Shown here: positions 24,438-33,887 of the stretch, piece by piece
How the letters are laid out: each line of letters begins with the position of its first letter
Numbering within the stretch: position 1 is the stretch's first letter
From: Phycisphaerales bacterium
GTDB taxonomy: Bacteria > Planctomycetota > Phycisphaerae > SM23-33
Assembly (NCBI GenBank): GCA_018644725.1
Contig: JABGPZ010000054.1
Span: forward strand, 4,502 to 68,501
DNA length: 64,000 nt
Direction of reading: 5' to 3'
The notes under the pieces: generated by a model
Told to the model about the DNA's origin: nothing
Database searches by the model: none
Seen by the model: the letters and a program-made list of their open reading frames with translations, nothing else
Translations under genes and position numbers: made by a program

Positions 24438-24677
24438 TTATTCAGCGTTATCTTCCATATGGAGATCGTGGTGATAGTGATTTTCCTTGAGTTCGTCGCG
24501 AAGCTCTTGTTCGACAACGTCGACAACCTTCGTGAGAATCTTGGTCATTTCTTCCTGTTCTGCGCTGCTCTTGCCGCGTGCCATCATTTCCTTGATCGTG
24601 TACTTGATCAGGGTTCCGTTGTTGACGAACGTGTGGCCGCCGAAGTGCAGCGCGTGGTGATTGCCAATGAATCGCAT
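24438..24677 (-). CDS. hypothetical small His/Glu-rich protein (79 aa)
   Basis: AAAGGAG RBS 7 nt before the ATG at 24677, and an intrinsic terminator downstream. No family recognised. The upstream part of the track ORF was rejected. Confidence 0.45.
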   Translation of the reverse strand: MRFIGNHHALHFGGHTFVNNGTLIKYTIKEMMARGKSSAEQEEMTKILTKVVDVVEQELRDELKENHYHHDLHMEDNAE

Positions 24678-24856
24678 AATGGCAACTCCTTTCAAAAGAG
24701 TGAAAAGGGACTTGAATGGCCGGCGGAGCATCCTGCCGACACGTACATTATAAAGAGGCACCCACTGCATAGCAAGCCCGCGGGCACATTTTGTACATTT
24801 TCCTGGGGTGGAATGACCGGGCATTAAAAAAAACCGAACAATTCCCTGAATTCCCC

Positions 24857-24884
24857 TTTACTTCAAGCGTCTTTTCTGTATACT
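24857..24884 (+). promoter_or_regulatory. candidate sigma70-like promoter (TTTACT-N16-TATACT) for rpmI-rplT
   Basis: Hexamers at 24857-24862 and 24879-24884, about 60 nt upstream of the rpmI ATG. Confidence 0.4.
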
Positions 24885-24943
24885 TCCCTGTCCAACCCAA
24901 GATGGGAACCCGGTATACCTGTATCTACACACAAGGAATCACC

Positions 24944-25144
24944 ATGCCGAAAATGAAATCGAATCGATCGCTGCAGAAGCGCGTGAAGGTCACTGGAAGT
25001 GGCAAACTCAAGCGCAAAAGCCCCGGTGCAGGCCACCTTAAGAGTGCCAAGTCCAACAAGCAACTGCGGAACTTCCGCGGCGACAAGGACGTAGCACCTG
25101 GCTTTGTCAAAGGCTTCAAGCAACTGCTTGGCAAGAAGAAGTAG
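24944..25144 (+). CDS. rpmI: 50S ribosomal protein L35
   Basis: MPKMKSNRSLQKRVKVTGSGKLKRK... is a typical L35. AAGGAA RBS. Confidence 0.9.
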   Translation: MPKMKSNRSLQKRVKVTGSGKLKRKSPGAGHLKSAKSNKQLRNFRGDKDVAPGFVKGFKQLLGKKK

Positions 25145-25178
25145 CGACCCCCAGAGGACGAGACTAGAACTAACCGCT

Positions 25179-25246
25179 GGATCGATGGGAAGCTCTATAG
25201 AGCTGGGCGAAAGCCTATGCAACAGCCATAATGGCGTCCATCGACC
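25179..25246 (+). promoter_or_regulatory. structured RNA element in the rpmI-rplT spacer (candidate L20-responsive operator)
   Basis: Closing stem GG(A)TCGATGG (25179-25188) / CCATCGACC (25238-25246). It encloses three hairpins: AGCTC-TATA-GAGCT, GGC-GAAA-GCC and GCC-ATAAT-GGC. Ends 12 nt before the rplT RBS. Confidence 0.4.
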
Positions 25247-25264
25247 GAACCCAAGGAGAACACC

Positions 25265-25630
25265 ATGCCCCGTATCAGCAACAGCCCATCCCGCAGGCGC
25301 CGCCACAAACGTATCATGAAGGCCGCGCGCGGCTTCTACGGTGCCGACAGCCGTCGGTACAAACTCGCGAAGGAAAAGATTTTCCGCGCGGGCGTATTCG
25401 CTACCCGTGACCGCAAACTTCGCAAGCGCACCTTCCGTCGCCTGTGGATCACCCGTATTTCCGCCGCTTGCAAGCAACGCGGCTTCCGCTACAGCCAGCT
25501 GATGGAAGGCCTGTTTAACAACGACATCTTCCTCAACCGCAAGATGCTGAGCGAAATCGCCATCGCCGACCCCGCAGGCTTCGACGTCATTGTCAAAGCC
25601 GCCCTCGGCGACGACGCGATCCAGGCCTAA
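25265..25630 (+). CDS. rplT: 50S ribosomal protein L20
   Basis: MPRISNSPSRRRRHKRIMKAARGFYG... is a typical L20. AAGGAGA RBS. Confidence 0.95.
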   Translation: MPRISNSPSRRRRHKRIMKAARGFYGADSRRYKLAKEKIFRAGVFATRDRKLRKRTFRRLWITRISAACKQRGFRYSQLMEGLFNNDIFLNRKMLSEIAIADPAGFDVIVKAALGDDAIQA

Positions 25631-25654
25631 ACCGCAACACGATACCGGATTCCT

Positions 25655-25709
25655 ACGAGCCACAGCATCGCATCGGCACCCCCGAGTGATACTGTGGCTC
25701 GTTTTATTT
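25655..25709 (+). terminator. candidate terminator/attenuator between rplT and pheS
   Basis: 11-bp perfect stem ACGAGCCACAG...CTGTGGCTCGT with a 26-nt loop, followed by TTTATTT. Confidence 0.45.
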
Positions 25710-25730
25710 CAGCCCTAGTGAGGACGCATC

Positions 25731-26723
25731 ATGGACTTCGTCACCGATCTTGAAACGCTGCAAACCACCGCGCTGGAGGCGCTTTCCGCCGTCGCCACGC
25801 CCGAAGCCCTCGAGGCCTGGCGCATCGAGTACCTTGGTTCCAAGGGCAAGGTCAAGGCCGCCATGGCCGCGATCAAAGACATCCCCAAAGAGCAAAAAGG
25901 TGCCTATGGCAAAACCGCCAACGGCATGAAGCAAGCCCTCACCGCCGCCTTCGACGAAAAGAAGCCCACCGTCGCCGCAGCAGGACCCAAAGGCCCGATC
26001 GAAGACATCACCCTGCCCGGCCGCGCCCCCCGCGTCGGCCGTCCCCACATCATCACCCAGACGATCAACGAGATCACCGACATCTTCGGGCGCATGGGCT
26101 TTGACGTGGTCTACGGGCCCGAAGTCGAAGACGAGCAGCACAACTTCATCGACCTGAACATCCCCGAGCGCCACCCCGCGCGCGATCCGCTGGAAAACTT
26201 CTACATCGACATCAAGGCCATGCTCCGCAGCCAGACCTCGACCGTCCAGATCCGCACGATGGAAACCTCCCAGCCGCCGATCCGCGTCGTTGCGCCCGGC
26301 CGCGTCTATCGCCCCGACACCGTCGACGCGACCCACAGCTTCATGTTCCACCAGTTCGAAGGCCTGTTCGTCGACGAAGGCGTCACGATGGTGAACCTTC
26401 GCACATGCGTCGATCAGTTCTGCAAGGCCTACTTCGGCGAGGAGATCGTCACGCGCTTCCGCCCGAGCTTCTTCCCGTTCACCGAGCCCTCGGCCGAGGT
26501 CGACGTGCTGTTCCACATGCCCAACGGCGAGACCAAGTGGATCGAAATCGGCGGGTGCGGCATGGTCGACCCCAACGTCTTCGGCGCCGTGAACATCGAC
26601 CCCGAGCGCTACACGGGCTGGGCCTTCGGCTTTGGCATCGAACGCCTGGTCATGCGCAAACACAACATCCCCGACATCCGCACGCTCTACGAATCGGACG
26701 TGCGCTTCCTGCATCAATTCTAG
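25731..26723 (+). CDS. pheS: phenylalanine--tRNA ligase alpha subunit
   Basis: Class II aaRS core with FHQFEGL and GFGIERL motifs in a 330-aa protein. Confidence 0.95.
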   Translation: MDFVTDLETLQTTALEALSAVATPEALEAWRIEYLGSKGKVKAAMAAIKDIPKEQKGAYGKTANGMKQALTAAFDEKKPTVAAAGPKGPIEDITLPGRAPRVGRPHIITQTINEITDIFGRMGFDVVYGPEVEDEQHNFIDLNIPERHPARDPLENFYIDIKAMLRSQTSTVQIRTMETSQPPIRVVAPGRVYRPDTVDATHSFMFHQFEGLFVDEGVTMVNLRTCVDQFCKAYFGEEIVTRFRPSFFPFTEPSAEVDVLFHMPNGETKWIEIGGCGMVDPNVFGAVNIDPERYTGWAFGFGIERLVMRKHNIPDIRTLYESDVRFLHQF

Positions 26724-26829
26724 CGGCGCACCCGCCATTTGAAAATCCCCTTGCAATTGTCCCCCTCCGGGAGGACAATTGTATTTTCCAGACTGCCTCA
26801 CCAGGACCAACCCCCTACCGAGACCTATC

Positions 26830-28389
26830 ATGACCCAGATCCAAGGCCAGAACGAAACCGTCATCATCCTCGACTTCGGCTCGCAATACTCCCAGCTCAT
26901 CGCTCGGCGCGTACGCGAGAAGAACGTCTATTCGCTGCTCGCGCGCCCGGACGTCACACCCGACGAAGTCCGCGCCCACAATGCCAAGGGGATCATCTTC
27001 ACCGGCGGCCCCAACAGCATCTACGAAGACGGCGCGCCGCGCTGCAACCCCGAGCTGCTGGAGATGGGGATTCCGGTCCTCGGAATTTGCTATGGCATGC
27101 AGATGTCCAGCCATCTTCTCGGTGCAGAGATCCAACCCGCCGAACACCGCGAATATGGCCGCGCGAACCTGACGATCTCCACCCCCGGCGAGTTGCTCAA
27201 GGGCATTCCCACCGATACGACGGTGTGGATGAGCCACGGCGACCAGGTCCAAGACCCCGGCGGCAATTTTGATATCCTCGCCTCGACGCCGACGTGCCCC
27301 TTCGCGGCCGTCAAGCACAAAACCAAACCGTTCTACGGCGTGCAGTTCCACCCGGAAGTCACGCACACCCCCCACGGCAACGAGCTGTTCGACAACTTCC
27401 TCTACGGGATTTGCGGCTGCCAAGGCCTGTGGCAAATGTCGAGCTTTGTCAATGCCGTCGTCGAGCAGGTCCGCGAACAGGTCGGCCCGGACGACAACGT
27501 CATCTGCGGGCTCTCCGGCGGAGTCGATTCGTCCGTCGTCGCCGCGATGCTCCACAAAGCCATCGGCGACCGGCTGCACTGCATCTTCGTCGACAACGGC
27601 CTGCTGCGCCTCAACGAGGTGGAGTTCGTCCAGAAGATGTTCGGCGACCACTTCAAAATGCAGCTGACCACCGTACCGGCCGAAGATCTGTTCCTCGGCA
27701 AACTCGCGGGGGTCTCCGAGCCGCAGGAAAAACGGAAAATCATCGGCCACACGTTCATCGACGTGTTCAAAGAGGCCGCGCAAAAAATCCCCAACGCGAA
27801 ATTCCTCGCCCAGGGCACGCTCTATCCCGACGTCGTCGAATCCGGGCACAGCCTCGCTGGCCAGGCCGCGAATATCAAACTGCACCACAACGTCGGTGGC
27901 CTGCCCGAGCAACTCGGATTCGATCTGATCGAACCGCTGCGCGACCTGTTCAAAGACGAAGTGCGCCGCGTAGGCAAGCTCCTCGGCCTGCCCGAAGACA
28001 TGGTCTGGCGCCACCCATTCCCCGGCCCGGGACTCGCGGTGCGTTGCCTCGGCGACATCACGCGCGACAAGCTCGACGTCCTCCGCCAGGCCGACCACAT
28101 CCTGCTGGAAGAAATCGTCGCCGAGAATCTCTACCGCAAAACTTCACAGACCTTCGCCGTGCTGCTGCCGGTCCAATCGGTCGGCGTGATGGGCGACGGC
28201 CGCACCTACGAAAACGTCTGCGCGCTCCGCTCGGTGGACACATCAGACTTCATGACGGCTGACTGGTCGCGCATCCCCTACGACATCCTCGCGCGAATCT
28301 CCAACCGCATCATCAACGAGGTCCGCGGCGTCAACCGAGTCGTCTACGACATCAGCTCCAAACCCCCCGCAACCATCGAATGGGAGTGA
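26830..28389 (+). CDS. guaA: GMP synthase (glutamine-hydrolysing)
   Basis: GATase domain (VLGICYGMQ), ATP-PPase SGGVDSS motif, and a C-terminal dimerisation domain ending PPATIEWE. Start at the ATG at 26830 ([20 protein letters not shown]). Confidence 0.95.
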   Translation: MTQIQGQNETVIILDFGSQYSQLIARRVREKNVYSLLARPDVTPDEVRAHNAKGIIFTGGPNSIYEDGAPRCNPELLEMGIPVLGICYGMQMSSHLLGAEIQPAEHREYGRANLTISTPGELLKGIPTDTTVWMSHGDQVQDPGGNFDILASTPTCPFAAVKHKTKPFYGVQFHPEVTHTPHGNELFDNFLYGICGCQGLWQMSSFVNAVVEQVREQVGPDDNVICGLSGGVDSSVVAAMLHKAIGDRLHCIFVDNGLLRLNEVEFVQKMFGDHFKMQLTTVPAEDLFLGKLAGVSEPQEKRKIIGHTFIDVFKEAAQKIPNAKFLAQGTLYPDVVESGHSLAGQAANIKLHHNVGGLPEQLGFDLIEPLRDLFKDEVRRVGKLLGLPEDMVWRHPFPGPGLAVRCLGDITRDKLDVLRQADHILLEEIVAENLYRKTSQTFAVLLPVQSVGVMGDGRTYENVCALRSVDTSDFMTADWSRIPYDILARISNRIINEVRGVNRVVYDISSKPPATIEWE

Positions 28390-28476
28390 TTTAGAGCACT
28401 ATAAGATTGAAAGTCTCCATTGACTCTCGCACAACTCCTTGCTGCGCATGGGAGTTTGCCCCGCTATAATAGCCGT

Positions 28477-28636
28477 CTCATCGTTACATACTCGATGACT
28501 TTCCCCTTACCGTTTGCTTTCTGAACACGCAAACGCTCCGAGGGCGATCCGCATAGAATCACCCGCACGGCGACACACAACCCGCAATCTAAAATTGACC
28601 AACTGTAGGGGCACGGCATGCCGTGCCCTTTTTTAT
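28477..28636 (+). ncRNA. candidate small RNA or long guaA 3' UTR ending in a REP hairpin terminator
   Basis: Perfect TATAAT at 28465-28470 with a weak -35, then ~160 nt with no convincing ORF, ending in the hairpin at 28609-28628 plus T6. Confidence 0.25.
28605..28636 (+). terminator. REP-like element acting as a plus-strand intrinsic terminator
   Basis: GTAG-GGGCACGG-CATG-CCGTGCCC followed by TTTTTT. Poor terminator in the opposite orientation, which has no U-run. Confidence 0.65.
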
Positions 28637-28654
28637 AGCAAACTCGCCTCGTGT

Positions 28655-31087
28655 TTACTCCAGGACTTCCATGAGGGCATTGGCGAGGGTGTCGCGGGAA
28701 TAGGGTTTGGAGATGAATGCGTTGGCGCCGGCGTCTTTGAATTTCGTTTTCAGCTCGGAATCAGCATGGCCAGACGCAATGAGAATCTTCACGGCGGAGT
28801 TTATCTTCCGCAATTCCTGGAACACCTTCCAACCATTAATCCCGGGCATAATCACATCCAGCAATACGCCCTTGATCTCGCTGGCATACGACTCGTACAT
28901 CTCCAAACCAGTCAACCCATCCTGTGCAACGAGAACCTTGTACCCCATCCTCATCAAAATGGCCTCACAAACCTTTTGCACTGCGGGTTCATCCTCGATC
29001 AGCAAAATCGTCCCCTCCGTATGGAACATCGGAAGGGTGTCACCCACTCGGGTTTCGTCCAAATCGACGTCCGCCCGCGGCAGATAGATCTCGAAGCAAG
29101 CCCCCTCGCCCGGTGCAGATTTGAGCGTCACCGCTCCACCGTGAGACTCAATCATTCCATAGACGGCCGAGAGTCCCAGCCCCGTCCCGTGTCCGACTTC
29201 CTTGGTCGTGAAGAACGGTTCAAACACATGCTGACGCGTCTTCTCATCCATCCCTTCGCCATCATCCCAAACCGAAATCCGCAGATAGTCCCCCGCAAGC
29301 AATCCATCGCCCAACGTCTGCGCCTGTGAGGCACCAAGAGTGACCTCCTCAGAGCGTATGGCAAAGACCCCGCCGTTCGGCATGGCGTCGCGTGAATTGA
29401 TTCCGAGGTTGATGAATGTGTTCTGGAGCTGGGAGGCATCGCCAAGAACCACTGGTTCGGAGGCCTGGAGATCGGTCTGAATCTCTATCGATTTGTCGAC
29501 ACTGCGCTTTAAAATTCGGATCGAATCTCGAATCACAGCATGGACGTCCACCGCTCGAGGAACAATGTGCTCCTTGCGAGCGAAACTCAAAAGTTGACGT
29601 GTCAGTTTCGCCGCGCGATGGGCCGAAGTCATGATTTCGCCACAATATTCCTTCTGATCCTCATCCTCAACACTTCCGGCCAATAATTCTGCAAACCCCA
29701 TAATTCCCATCAGCATGTTGTTGAAGTCATGCGCCACACCGCCGGCAAGAAGGCCAACCGCCTCCATTTTTCGCGAATGGAGCAATTGTTCTTCCTTGTG
29801 AATTTCGTCGGTTACATCACGGAAGACGATCACCACTCCAAACGGGTTGCCTGAATCCTTGAAGATCGGCGAGGCACTGTCAGAAATCCAATGCTCGGTG
29901 CCATCGCGGGAAATCAAAATTGCGCGGTCGATCAACTGGACAGGCTTTTTCCCGGCTAGAGCTCGGGGGACAAGCTTATCCAACCGCTCGCGCGTACCGG
30001 GATCGATGATCCGCAGGACATCAGCAACATTTTGCCCCACCGCCTCGGTGGCCTCCCAACCCACCAACTCGGCCGCAACTGGATTGATTCGTACAATCTC
30101 ACCAGAACACGTCGTCACAATCACGCCTTCGCCAATACTGTCAAGGGTCGTGCAAAGGTCATTCTCCCGCTCACGCAATGCACGCTGACTTCGATTCACT
30201 TCGCGCAGAGCCCGGCGCACCTGATACCGCAGCAGCGCCAGGAACAAGACCACCAAAAACAGTAACACCAACAAAACCATCACTGTTGCGATCAACCAGG
30301 GAGGAATGACTCGTGTTTCACGCTGAAACATCGGCTCACGAAGAGCACGATAGTGTTTGTAAAATACCGAGCTTGGGTTTGCCTTGTACTCTGCAATGCG
30401 CTTGTCGAGAGCCTTTCGCAATGCGACAGCCTTGCCCTTGGGAAATGCAATGCTCAACTCCGTTGGGTTAAAAACCAGCCCAGTGGATGTAAGATCATGT
30501 GCAAGCTCACCCAACAGCGCGACCTGTGGGCCTACAATCGCATAGACCTCTTTTCTGGCCAAGGCCTTGATCGCCGCACGATGAGATGCAAACTCTACGG
30601 GGTGAAACGGGATTTCAAATCCGCGGATAAAGGTCTGGAATCCTTTCGCGTTGTTGTCCTCGGCGACCAGACCAATCCGACGATTTCGCAGGTCGTCCAA
30701 CCCCGAAAAGGACTCCCCTTTGCGGATATACATCTCGCTCCACATATTGAACAGGGGCTCGGAAAGAAAATCCAAATACTGTGCGCGCTCACGGGAAAAT
30801 TGTGTGCCCGGCAACACGTCAATTTCGCCCGCCTTGAGTTTTTTGAGCAATTCGGCCCACGTCCCGTCAACCCATTCCAACGAAATGCCTTCGTCCCGGG
30901 CGGCCGCAGCAAGGACTTCACACGGGAAGCCCCCAGGAGTTCCATCAAGATTACGGTACATAATCCCCGGAACATGAGGTAGCCCAGCACGATAGGTCTT
31001 CTTGGCGACAGCAACATCGCCCACCCCCTCGCCACAGACGAAGTGAGCCACCAAACACATCACAACGATGAATCGACGAGTCTCCAT
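28655..31087 (-). CDS. hybrid sensor histidine kinase/response regulator with periplasmic solute-binding domain
   Basis: N-terminal SBP_bac_3-like domain, TM helix, PAS, H-box (GGVAHDFNNML), HATPase (GHGTGLGLS), and a C-terminal receiver (ILLIEDEP...LLDVIMPG). GAGGAG RBS before the ATG at 31087. Noticeably lower GC than the flanking genes. Confidence 0.9.
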   Translation of the reverse strand: METRRFIVVMCLVAHFVCGEGVGDVAVAKKTYRAGLPHVPGIMYRNLDGTPGGFPCEVLAAAARDEGISLEWVDGTWAELLKKLKAGEIDVLPGTQFSRERAQYLDFLSEPLFNMWSEMYIRKGESFSGLDDLRNRRIGLVAEDNNAKGFQTFIRGFEIPFHPVEFASHRAAIKALARKEVYAIVGPQVALLGELAHDLTSTGLVFNPTELSIAFPKGKAVALRKALDKRIAEYKANPSSVFYKHYRALREPMFQRETRVIPPWLIATVMVLLVLLFLVVLFLALLRYQVRRALREVNRSQRALRERENDLCTTLDSIGEGVIVTTCSGEIVRINPVAAELVGWEATEAVGQNVADVLRIIDPGTRERLDKLVPRALAGKKPVQLIDRAILISRDGTEHWISDSASPIFKDSGNPFGVVIVFRDVTDEIHKEEQLLHSRKMEAVGLLAGGVAHDFNNMLMGIMGFAELLAGSVEDEDQKEYCGEIMTSAHRAAKLTRQLLSFARKEHIVPRAVDVHAVIRDSIRILKRSVDKSIEIQTDLQASEPVVLGDASQLQNTFINLGINSRDAMPNGGVFAIRSEEVTLGASQAQTLGDGLLAGDYLRISVWDDGEGMDEKTRQHVFEPFFTTKEVGHGTGLGLSAVYGMIESHGGAVTLKSAPGEGACFEIYLPRADVDLDETRVGDTLPMFHTEGTILLIEDEPAVQKVCEAILMRMGYKVLVAQDGLTGLEMYESYASEIKGVLLDVIMPGINGWKVFQELRKINSAVKILIASGHADSELKTKFKDAGANAFISKPYSRDTLANALMEVLE

Positions 31088-31328
31088 TAAACTCCTCTTC
31101 CACATCATCCAACTGTATCCAGAGATTCAGCACCAAACTTGATCTTCGCAATCAATTCTAGACTTACCAAAACGGGCGGACAAATAATTAACGATATTTT
31201 TTTTGGTTTACCCTCAATAAAACAGGAAGAATTTCCTCTTTTTTCATTTTTCCATTGCATTTTTCCCCCAATATTTCTATTGTATCTGCCCGAACTGAAC
31301 ACTTTACCGCCTTTGAAAGGATAGAATC

Positions 31329-31478
31329 ATGGGACAGCGCCGAGACCGAATGGACCAACGTATGCAAGACCAACAGGACAGCCGCACCAAGGGGCGTATC
31401 CCCAAGGCCAAAGAGCGCGTCCGCAAGGCCGCCCGCCTCGCAGCTCGCACCGAGCGCCTCGCTTCCAAAGGTCTGTAA
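31329..31478 (+). CDS. hypothetical small basic protein (49 aa)
   Basis: Not in the ORF track because it is under 60 aa. AAGGA RBS 7 nt upstream. Translates as MGQRRDRMDQRMQDQQDSRTKGRIPKAKERVRKAARLAARTERLASKGL. GC-rich third positions, unlike the AT-rich upstream spacer. Followed by a clean intrinsic terminator. Confidence 0.4.
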   Translation: MGQRRDRMDQRMQDQQDSRTKGRIPKAKERVRKAARLAARTERLASKGL

Positions 31479-31500
31479 ATACGAACGACTTTACAATCAA

Positions 31501-31538
31501 AGCAAAGCCGGATACCATATCATGCGGCTTTGCTTTTT
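31501..31538 (+). terminator. intrinsic terminator after the 49-aa basic-protein ORF
   Basis: AGCAAAGCCG...CGGCTTTGCT: 10-bp perfect stem, 14-nt loop, followed by TTTTT. Confidence 0.65.
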
Positions 31539-31562
31539 GATGCGCAAGGAAATGGAGTCCCC

Positions 31563-31769
31563 ATGGACAATCGATACCGCCTCTGCCCGCAATGTGGCTC
31601 GACGGTTTTTCAGACCGCCGCTCTCGGCGACCGGATCGACTTTCAGGTCCGCCTGACGGGACAAGGGGCCCCGCTCGATGGGGGCGCGGACTTTCCCCCG
31701 CCCGCGACGATCTATTGCCGCGACTGCGCATGGCGTGGCAGCGGCGACGAACTGGACATTCTGCTCTAA
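31563..31769 (+). CDS. hypothetical zinc-ribbon protein (68 aa)
   Basis: CPQCG...CRDC pair of CxxC motifs. GGAG upstream of the ATG at 31563. Confidence 0.5.
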   Translation: MDNRYRLCPQCGSTVFQTAALGDRIDFQVRLTGQGAPLDGGADFPPPATIYCRDCAWRGSGDELDILL

Positions 31770-31781
31770 CGAAAGACCCTC

Positions 31782-32012
31782 ATGGACCACAATACCACCA
31801 TCATTCGCCTCGAAGAAAAGATTGCCTTTCAGGAGCAGACCATCGCACACCTCGAATCGACCATCGATGAGCTGAACCTGTTGATGTCCAAACTCGACAC
31901 GCGTCTCGAACGCCTCGAAGACCAGCAGCGCTCCGGGACCGAAGAGGATTCCCTCGGCCGTCAGGGCGACACCCCGCCGCCGCACTATGGCGGGATCCAC
32001 TCCGCCGTCTAG
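31782..32012 (+). CDS. slyX: SlyX family protein
   Basis: 76-aa coiled-coil. IRLEEKIAFQEQTIAHLESTIDEL matches the SlyX pattern, and the C-terminus reads PPPHY. Confidence 0.7.
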   Translation: MDHNTTIIRLEEKIAFQEQTIAHLESTIDELNLLMSKLDTRLERLEDQQRSGTEEDSLGRQGDTPPPHYGGIHSAV

Positions 32013-32080
32013 CCCATCTGTCTTGGGGCGCGGATTCTTTTCTTGCATTCCCGCCGCCGGACTTTTAGGATAGACCCACT

Positions 32081-33148
32081 ATGAGCGAAGCAGACACCAC
32101 ACCCAATGATCAAAATCGCCAGATCCCCGGCTACCAGATTCTCGAGAAACTCGGTGCTGGCGCAATGGCCGTTGTGTTCAAGGCGAAGCAGATTTCCCTC
32201 GACCGCGTTGTCGCGATCAAGGTTCTTCCGAAAAAGCTCTCGGCCGACGTGGAATATGTAGAACGCTTCTACCAAGAAGGCCAGGCCGCCGCCAAGCTCA
32301 ACCACCCCAATATCGTCGGCGCCATTGACGTCGCCGAGGCCCACGGCTATCACTATTTCGTGATGGAATATGTCGAAGGCCTCACCGTCGACGACATCAT
32401 CAAGGCCGGGAAAGTCTATTCCGAGGCCGAGGCGCTGAACATCATCATCCAGATCGCCCGTGCGCTCGAACACGCTCACGCTCAGGGCATGATCCACCGC
32501 GATGTCAAACCCAAGAACATCCTCATCACCAGCGACGGCACGGCCAAGCTCATGGACATGGGTCTCGCGCGCGTTGCCGACGATGCCGATGCGATTGCCT
32601 CCGAACAAGGCCGCCTGTTTGGCACGCCCTACTACATCAGTCCCGAGCAGATCCTCGGCAAGCCTGACGTCGATTTCCGCTGCGACATCTACTCCCTCGG
32701 CGCGACGCTGTTCCACATGCTCACCGGCAAGGTTCCCTTCGAGGGCGAAGACGCCAAAGCCGTGATGATCAAGCACGTCAAGCAGGCGCTCACCCCGCCG
32801 GACCGCCTGAACATTGACATCTCGTTCGGGACGGTAAAAGTTGTCCAGCACATGATGGCCAAACACCGCCACGAACGATTTGACTCGACGGGCGAAATGC
32901 TCAGCGAACTCGAAAGCCTCGACTTTTTGCTCGAGGTCGAAAACCCGGCCGACTCGACCATCCGTGCCGATCTGAGCCACCTCAACGCGCTCAAACCAAA
33001 AACCGCGCCCGCGCCCAAAACCGCACCCAAGCCGAGCGTGGAATATGTACCGGTCAAAAATCCGACCAACACCAACCTCATTATCGCCCTCGTCGTCAGC
33101 GGCGTGATCAACATCCTGCTGATCCTCCTGCTGCTGGCCAAACTCTAG
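32081..33148 (+). CDS. serine/threonine protein kinase, tail-anchored
   Basis: GAGAMAVVFKA, VAIK, HRDVKPKN, DMG (a DFG variant) and a SPE region. C-terminal TM helix LIIALVVSGVINILLILLLLA. Confidence 0.85.
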   Translation: MSEADTTPNDQNRQIPGYQILEKLGAGAMAVVFKAKQISLDRVVAIKVLPKKLSADVEYVERFYQEGQAAAKLNHPNIVGAIDVAEAHGYHYFVMEYVEGLTVDDIIKAGKVYSEAEALNIIIQIARALEHAHAQGMIHRDVKPKNILITSDGTAKLMDMGLARVADDADAIASEQGRLFGTPYYISPEQILGKPDVDFRCDIYSLGATLFHMLTGKVPFEGEDAKAVMIKHVKQALTPPDRLNIDISFGTVKVVQHMMAKHRHERFDSTGEMLSELESLDFLLEVENPADSTIRADLSHLNALKPKTAPAPKTAPKPSVEYVPVKNPTNTNLIIALVVSGVINILLILLLLAKL

Positions 33149-33174
33149 CGCGCGTAAAGCAGAAACAGAAAAAT

Positions 33175-33245
33175 GGGGACTGGTACCCTTTATTCTGTCC
33201 GGTGTTCTCGAATTCTATCTGTTGTCAGGTACCTGTCCCCGTTTT
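33175..33245. terminator. long-loop inverted repeat between the convergent kinase and nuclease genes (possible bidirectional terminator)
   Basis: GGGGACTGGTACC (33175-33187) pairs with GGTACCTGTCCCC (33228-33240) at 12/13, flanked by an A-run and a T-run. The right arm overlaps the last codons of the nuclease gene. The 40-nt loop is atypical. Confidence 0.4.
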
Positions 33246-33845
33246 TCCCGTGTCCTTCCGGTTCGGGTGGAATTGCGCGGGCAGATAGTTCGGCATGTCT
33301 TTGGCCGTGACACCCTTCCATAGACCGAGTTCCTCGCGACGGGCTTTTCGCATGGCGGCCTTGTACGCTTCCTGGCGCGGATGAGGATATCGCGTATCGG
33401 CATAGCCGTAGCCCTCGTCAATGAGGCGCTTGTTGAGGCACGTCCCGTCCGGCAGAACGAGGTACGCCAACAGCCGGCCATATTTGCAGCGCGTGTCGGC
33501 GAAGTGCAACTCAACGCGGACAGATTTCCCCGCGCAAAGCGTTTTGGTGAACGCGCTGGCCTCGGGGCCGAAGTGCTCGACGGGCCAATCCGGCCGCACA
33601 CTTTCGGGCGTATCGACACCCCACAGCCGAATGCGCGTACTCTTCCATCGGCCGTCGGGGAGATCGATATCGACCGTGTCGCCGTCGACCACCTTCACGA
33701 CGCGGAACGTCTTGCCGTGATAGGTCTCGACATCGCCGCCGCCCGTGCGTCGGCCAAACACACCCGCAGAATCCAGTAGCGACAGCGAACCCGCCGCCAC
33801 CGCCACAATCAACACCATCAAAATTCGCCGCGTCCATATCGTCAT
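33225..33845 (-). CDS. thermonuclease (staphylococcal nuclease-like) family protein
   Basis: N-terminal TM/signal. SNase motifs VVKVVDGDTVDI and IRLWGVDTPE. Confidence 0.8.
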   Translation of the reverse strand: MTIWTRRILMVLIVAVAAGSLSLLDSAGVFGRRTGGGDVETYHGKTFRVVKVVDGDTVDIDLPDGRWKSTRIRLWGVDTPESVRPDWPVEHFGPEASAFTKTLCAGKSVRVELHFADTRCKYGRLLAYLVLPDGTCLNKRLIDEGYGYADTRYPHPRQEAYKAAMRKARREELGLWKGVTAKDMPNYLPAQFHPNRKDTGKTGTGT

Positions 33846-33887
33846 CTCATTACCTTACCCCACAGCCCCCACTGATTGCAAGCCCAC

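Noticed and set aside
28420-28448. TTGACT hexamer at 28420 as a -35 for a promoter after guaA
   Set aside because: No acceptable -10 lies at a 16-18-nt spacing; the sequence there is TGCGCA. Only the separate TATAAT at 28465 is retained, and with low confidence.
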